A stretch of 64,000 nt of DNA, taken from contig CAZSKP010000008.1 of assembly GCA_964607485.1 (NCBI GenBank), forward strand, positions 81,478 to 145,477. The letters are read 5' to 3'. The DNA comes from an uncultured bacterium (GTDB taxonomy: Bacteria; Abyssobacteria; SURF-5). The translations under genes were made by a program, and so were the position numbers. Under the pieces are notes generated by a model. That model had not been told where the DNA came from and did no database searches. It worked only from the letters and a program-made list of their open reading frames with translations. Positions 61,272 through 64,000 of the stretch are shown piece by piece. Within the stretch, counting starts at the first letter, position 1; each line of letters starts with the position of its first letter.

Positions 61272-62550
61272 AGAAGTCTCATACTCCGGCGTCGGGCTTC
61301 ACACGGGGAACGAGACGACCATCACCTTCAAGCCCGCCCCGCCGGATACAGGCGCGGTGTTTGTGAGGACCGACCTGCCCGACCGCCCACGCATCACAGC
61401 CGATGTCGCCCATGTCACCGACGTGGCGCGGGGGACCACCATCGGGCTGAATGGGGTGAAGGTGCTGACGATAGAACACGTGCTCGCCGCCTTCGCCGGA
61501 CTGGGGATAGACAACATATTTGCCGAAGTGAATGCAAGCGAGGCGCCCGTCGGAGACGGCAGCGCCCTGCCATTCGTCGAAGCGCTGACGGAAGCCGGGC
61601 TGTCCGAGCAGGACCGCCCGAGAAAAGAGGCGAAGGTCTCCGAACCCATCATGTACGAACGCGACGGCGTGACGCTGTTGGCGTTGCCTTCCGAACGACT
61701 CATTCTCTCTTACATGATAGAGTACGGGCACCCGGCCCTGAGAGCTCAATTCGGCTCGTACGTCATAGAGCCCGAGGTGTTCGCGCGCGAGATAGCGCCT
61801 GCGCGCACCTTCTGCTTCCTGCGCGACGTGGAGCAGTTGCAGGCGCTCGGACTCATCAAGGGGGGCAACCTCGAGAACGCCATCGTCATAGGCGACGAGA
61901 GTATTCTGAACGATGGACTTCGCTTCAACGATGAGTTCGTTCGCCACAAGGTGCTCGACCTTCTCGGCGACCTGGTGCTGATGGGCGGCCCGCTCGTCGG
62001 TCATATCGTGGCAATAAAGGCCGGCCATGCCTCCCACGTCGAGTTCGTCAAGCGCCTTCGCTCCGAGACCGCGAAAGAAGATGCGCTCTCGCCCGGAGCG
62101 GCCGAAACGGCGCAGGGGGGCTCGAGCGTCAATTTGGACGTCAATCAGATACGCAACATACTCCCGCATCGGTTTCCGTTTCTGTTCGTGGACCGCATTA
62201 CGAAGCTGGACGACACGTGCGCTATCGGCATCAAGAACGTGACCATCTCGGAGCCGTATTTTCAAGGGCATATACCCGAACACCCAATCATGCCCGGCGT
62301 GCTGATAATCGAGGCAATGGCGCAGGTGGGCGCGGTGCTGATATTGAGCAAACCCGGCCGCGAGGGGCAGATGCCCTACCTCCTCGGCGTGGAAAAGGCA
62401 AGGTTCAGGAAGCCGATATATCCGGGCGACAGGATGGAGATTCGGGTTAACATTGTCAATCTCCACAGGAGGTATGGAAAGCTTCGGGGGGAAGTGAGGG
62501 TCGACGGAATCCTTGCCGCCGAGGCGGAGATAATATGCGGAGCACCCTGA
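61246..62550 (+). CDS. lpxC: Bifunctional LpxC/FabZ fusion
   Basis: GVGLHTG, TIEH, ARTF and HKVLD (LpxC); LPHRFPFL and GHIP..PIMPGVLIIE (FabZ). Confidence 0.95.
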   Translation: MPKQKTINKEVSYSGVGLHTGNETTITFKPAPPDTGAVFVRTDLPDRPRITADVAHVTDVARGTTIGLNGVKVLTIEHVLAAFAGLGIDNIFAEVNASEAPVGDGSALPFVEALTEAGLSEQDRPRKEAKVSEPIMYERDGVTLLALPSERLILSYMIEYGHPALRAQFGSYVIEPEVFAREIAPARTFCFLRDVEQLQALGLIKGGNLENAIVIGDESILNDGLRFNDEFVRHKVLDLLGDLVLMGGPLVGHIVAIKAGHASHVEFVKRLRSETAKEDALSPGAAETAQGGSSVNLDVNQIRNILPHRFPFLFVDRITKLDDTCAIGIKNVTISEPYFQGHIPEHPIMPGVLIIEAMAQVGAVLILSKPGREGQMPYLLGVEKARFRKPIYPGDRMEIRVNIVNLHRRYGKLRGEVRVDGILAAEAEIICGAP

Positions 62551-62637
62551 CGGCGCTCTGACGAGCCCGTTCGTCCCGACCGCAGTTGAACGGCACCCGA
62601 AACGCTCGTCCTTCTCCCAGCAGCGAGAATTCGTGTG

Positions 62638-63447
62638 ATGGAAAAACGAAGTACCGACGATATCCAGGAAACAGAACAACGGATCCATCCAACCGCCATC
62701 GTCCATAAAAGCGCGCAGATTGATTCCGACGTGACGATAGGACCCTGTTCCATCATCGGCCCCAACGTCACTGTTGGACGCGGATGCCGCATCGGCGCTC
62801 ACGTGGTCATCGACGGGCACACGACGATAGGAGAGAACAACCGTTTCTTCACGGGCGCGGTGGTCGGCTCGCAGCCTCAGGACCTGAAGTACCGCGGCGG
62901 CAGGAGTCGGCTCGTTGTGGGCGACAACAACACGATAAGGGAATACGCCACCATCAACACATCGACTTCCGAGGAGAACGCGACCAGCATAGGAAACGAC
63001 AACCTGTTGATGGCCTATTCCCACATTGCGCACGAATGCATCATCCACAACGGCGTCATCATGGCGAACAACTCCACACTTGCGGGCCATGTGACGATCG
63101 AGGACAAGGCCATATTGGGCGGGATGGTGGGCGTGCATCAGTTCGTTCGGATAGGGACGCTGGCCATAGTGGGCGGATGGTCCAAAGTAATAAAAGATAT
63201 CCTGCCTTATTCGATGGTGGACGGAAACCCGACCAAATGGTACGGCGTCAACTTTGTCGGGTTGAAGAGAGACGGGCTGGCCGAGGAGACTCGTTCAAAC
63301 ATCAAAAGGGCGCTCAAAATCGTTTGTCGCTCTGGCTTGAACACATCGCAGGCGCTCGAAAAGCTTCGGGCCGAGTTCGACTCCTGCGCGGAGATAGACC
63401 ACCTCATTGAGTTTATCGAAAAGTCCAATCGGGGCATTTGCAAATAG
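62638..63447 (+). CDS. lpxA: UDP-GlcNAc acyltransferase
   Basis: IHPTA, PQDLKY, MAYSHIAHEC, LAGHV and VHQF motifs. Confidence 0.95.
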   Translation: MEKRSTDDIQETEQRIHPTAIVHKSAQIDSDVTIGPCSIIGPNVTVGRGCRIGAHVVIDGHTTIGENNRFFTGAVVGSQPQDLKYRGGRSRLVVGDNNTIREYATINTSTSEENATSIGNDNLLMAYSHIAHECIIHNGVIMANNSTLAGHVTIEDKAILGGMVGVHQFVRIGTLAIVGGWSKVIKDILPYSMVDGNPTKWYGVNFVGLKRDGLAEETRSNIKRALKIVCRSGLNTSQALEKLRAEFDSCAEIDHLIEFIEKSNRGICK

Positions 63448-63506
63448 GGGGACCTTGCCTCGCCCGGCTTCATTTCCAAGGCAGCGCTTTCCCGGATTCG
63501 GAATCT

Positions 63507-64000
63507 ATGGATAAATTGAAGACAGGCGTAGTCGGTGTGGGCCATCTCGGCTATCATCACGCCCGAAACCTCGCTTCGTTGCCCGAGGCCGAGCTGGTGG
63601 GCATTGCGGATACCAACCAGGAGCGCGTCACAGAAGTGGCCGCCGAACTCGGCACAAAAGCCTTCAGCGATTACCGAGAACTCGTTCCACTCGTGGATGC
63701 CGTGACCATTGCCGTGCCCACGAGCAAGCATTTCGAGGTGACGGAACATTTTCTCGCAAGGAAGAAGCACGTGCTATTGGAAAAGCCAATAGCCACGACG
63801 ATGGAGGATGCCGAGGAGCTTATCCGGCTGGGCGACGAAAACGGCGTGACGTTCCAGGTCGGCCATCTCGAGAGATTCAATGCGGCCGTGCAAACCATGC
63901 GCGAACGAATAAACAGGCCGATGTTCATCGAGTCGCACCGCCTTGCGCAGTTCACGCCCCGAGGCTGCGACGTGGACGTGGTCCTCGACCTGATGATACA
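63507..64000 (+). CDS. Gfo/Idh/MocA oxidoreductase (possibly GnnA-like), partial at window end
   Basis: MDKLKTGVVGVGHLGYHHAR, VLLEKP, GHLERFN and DVVLDLMI motifs; absent from the ORF track because there is no stop in the window. Confidence 0.88.
   Translation, partial: MDKLKTGVVGVGHLGYHHARNLASLPEAELVGIADTNQERVTEVAAELGTKAFSDYRELVPLVDAVTIAVPTSKHFEVTEHFLARKKHVLLEKPIATTMEDAEELIRLGDENGVTFQVGHLERFNAAVQTMRERINRPMFIESHRLAQFTPRGCDVDVVLDLMI

Overview
A GC-rich bacterial chromosome segment from a diderm (LPS-making) organism, probably an anaerobe; taxonomy cannot be fixed from sequence alone. The housekeeping blocks are bamD-lptE-holA/rpsT/murJ, queD-queE-queC-folE2, tonB/exbB/exbD-like genes, uvrB, ispE, uppS-cdsA-prfB (programmed +1 frameshift), and lysS-lolCE-lolD-mcsA-mcsB-clpC-bamA-skp-skp-lpxD-lpxC/fabZ-lpxA-Gfo/Idh/MocA. 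Between them lie catabolic genes: two acyl-CoA ligases, an acyl-CoA dehydrogenase, an enoyl-CoA hydratase, an Ntn acylase, an amidohydrolase, an M24 peptidase and a glycyl radical enzyme. Five accessory features stand out. (1) An AT-richer DUF3800-like gene converges on a promoter-driven, tightly folded ~95-nt RNA. (2) An integrase-free gene array downstream of murJ carries a diverged duplicate of the murJ 3' end and short repeated motifs at its junctions. (3) A frameshifted RAYT transposase with a REP inverted repeat inside it is accompanied by GTAG-type REPs elsewhere. (4) At least three MITE-like families wrap a shared TGTCAT...ATGACA palindrome, some with tandemly amplified arms. (5) The LpxD appears to lack its catalytic His. 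I saw no rRNA, tRNA or CRISPR array. All calls come from motif recognition by eye, without database searches.
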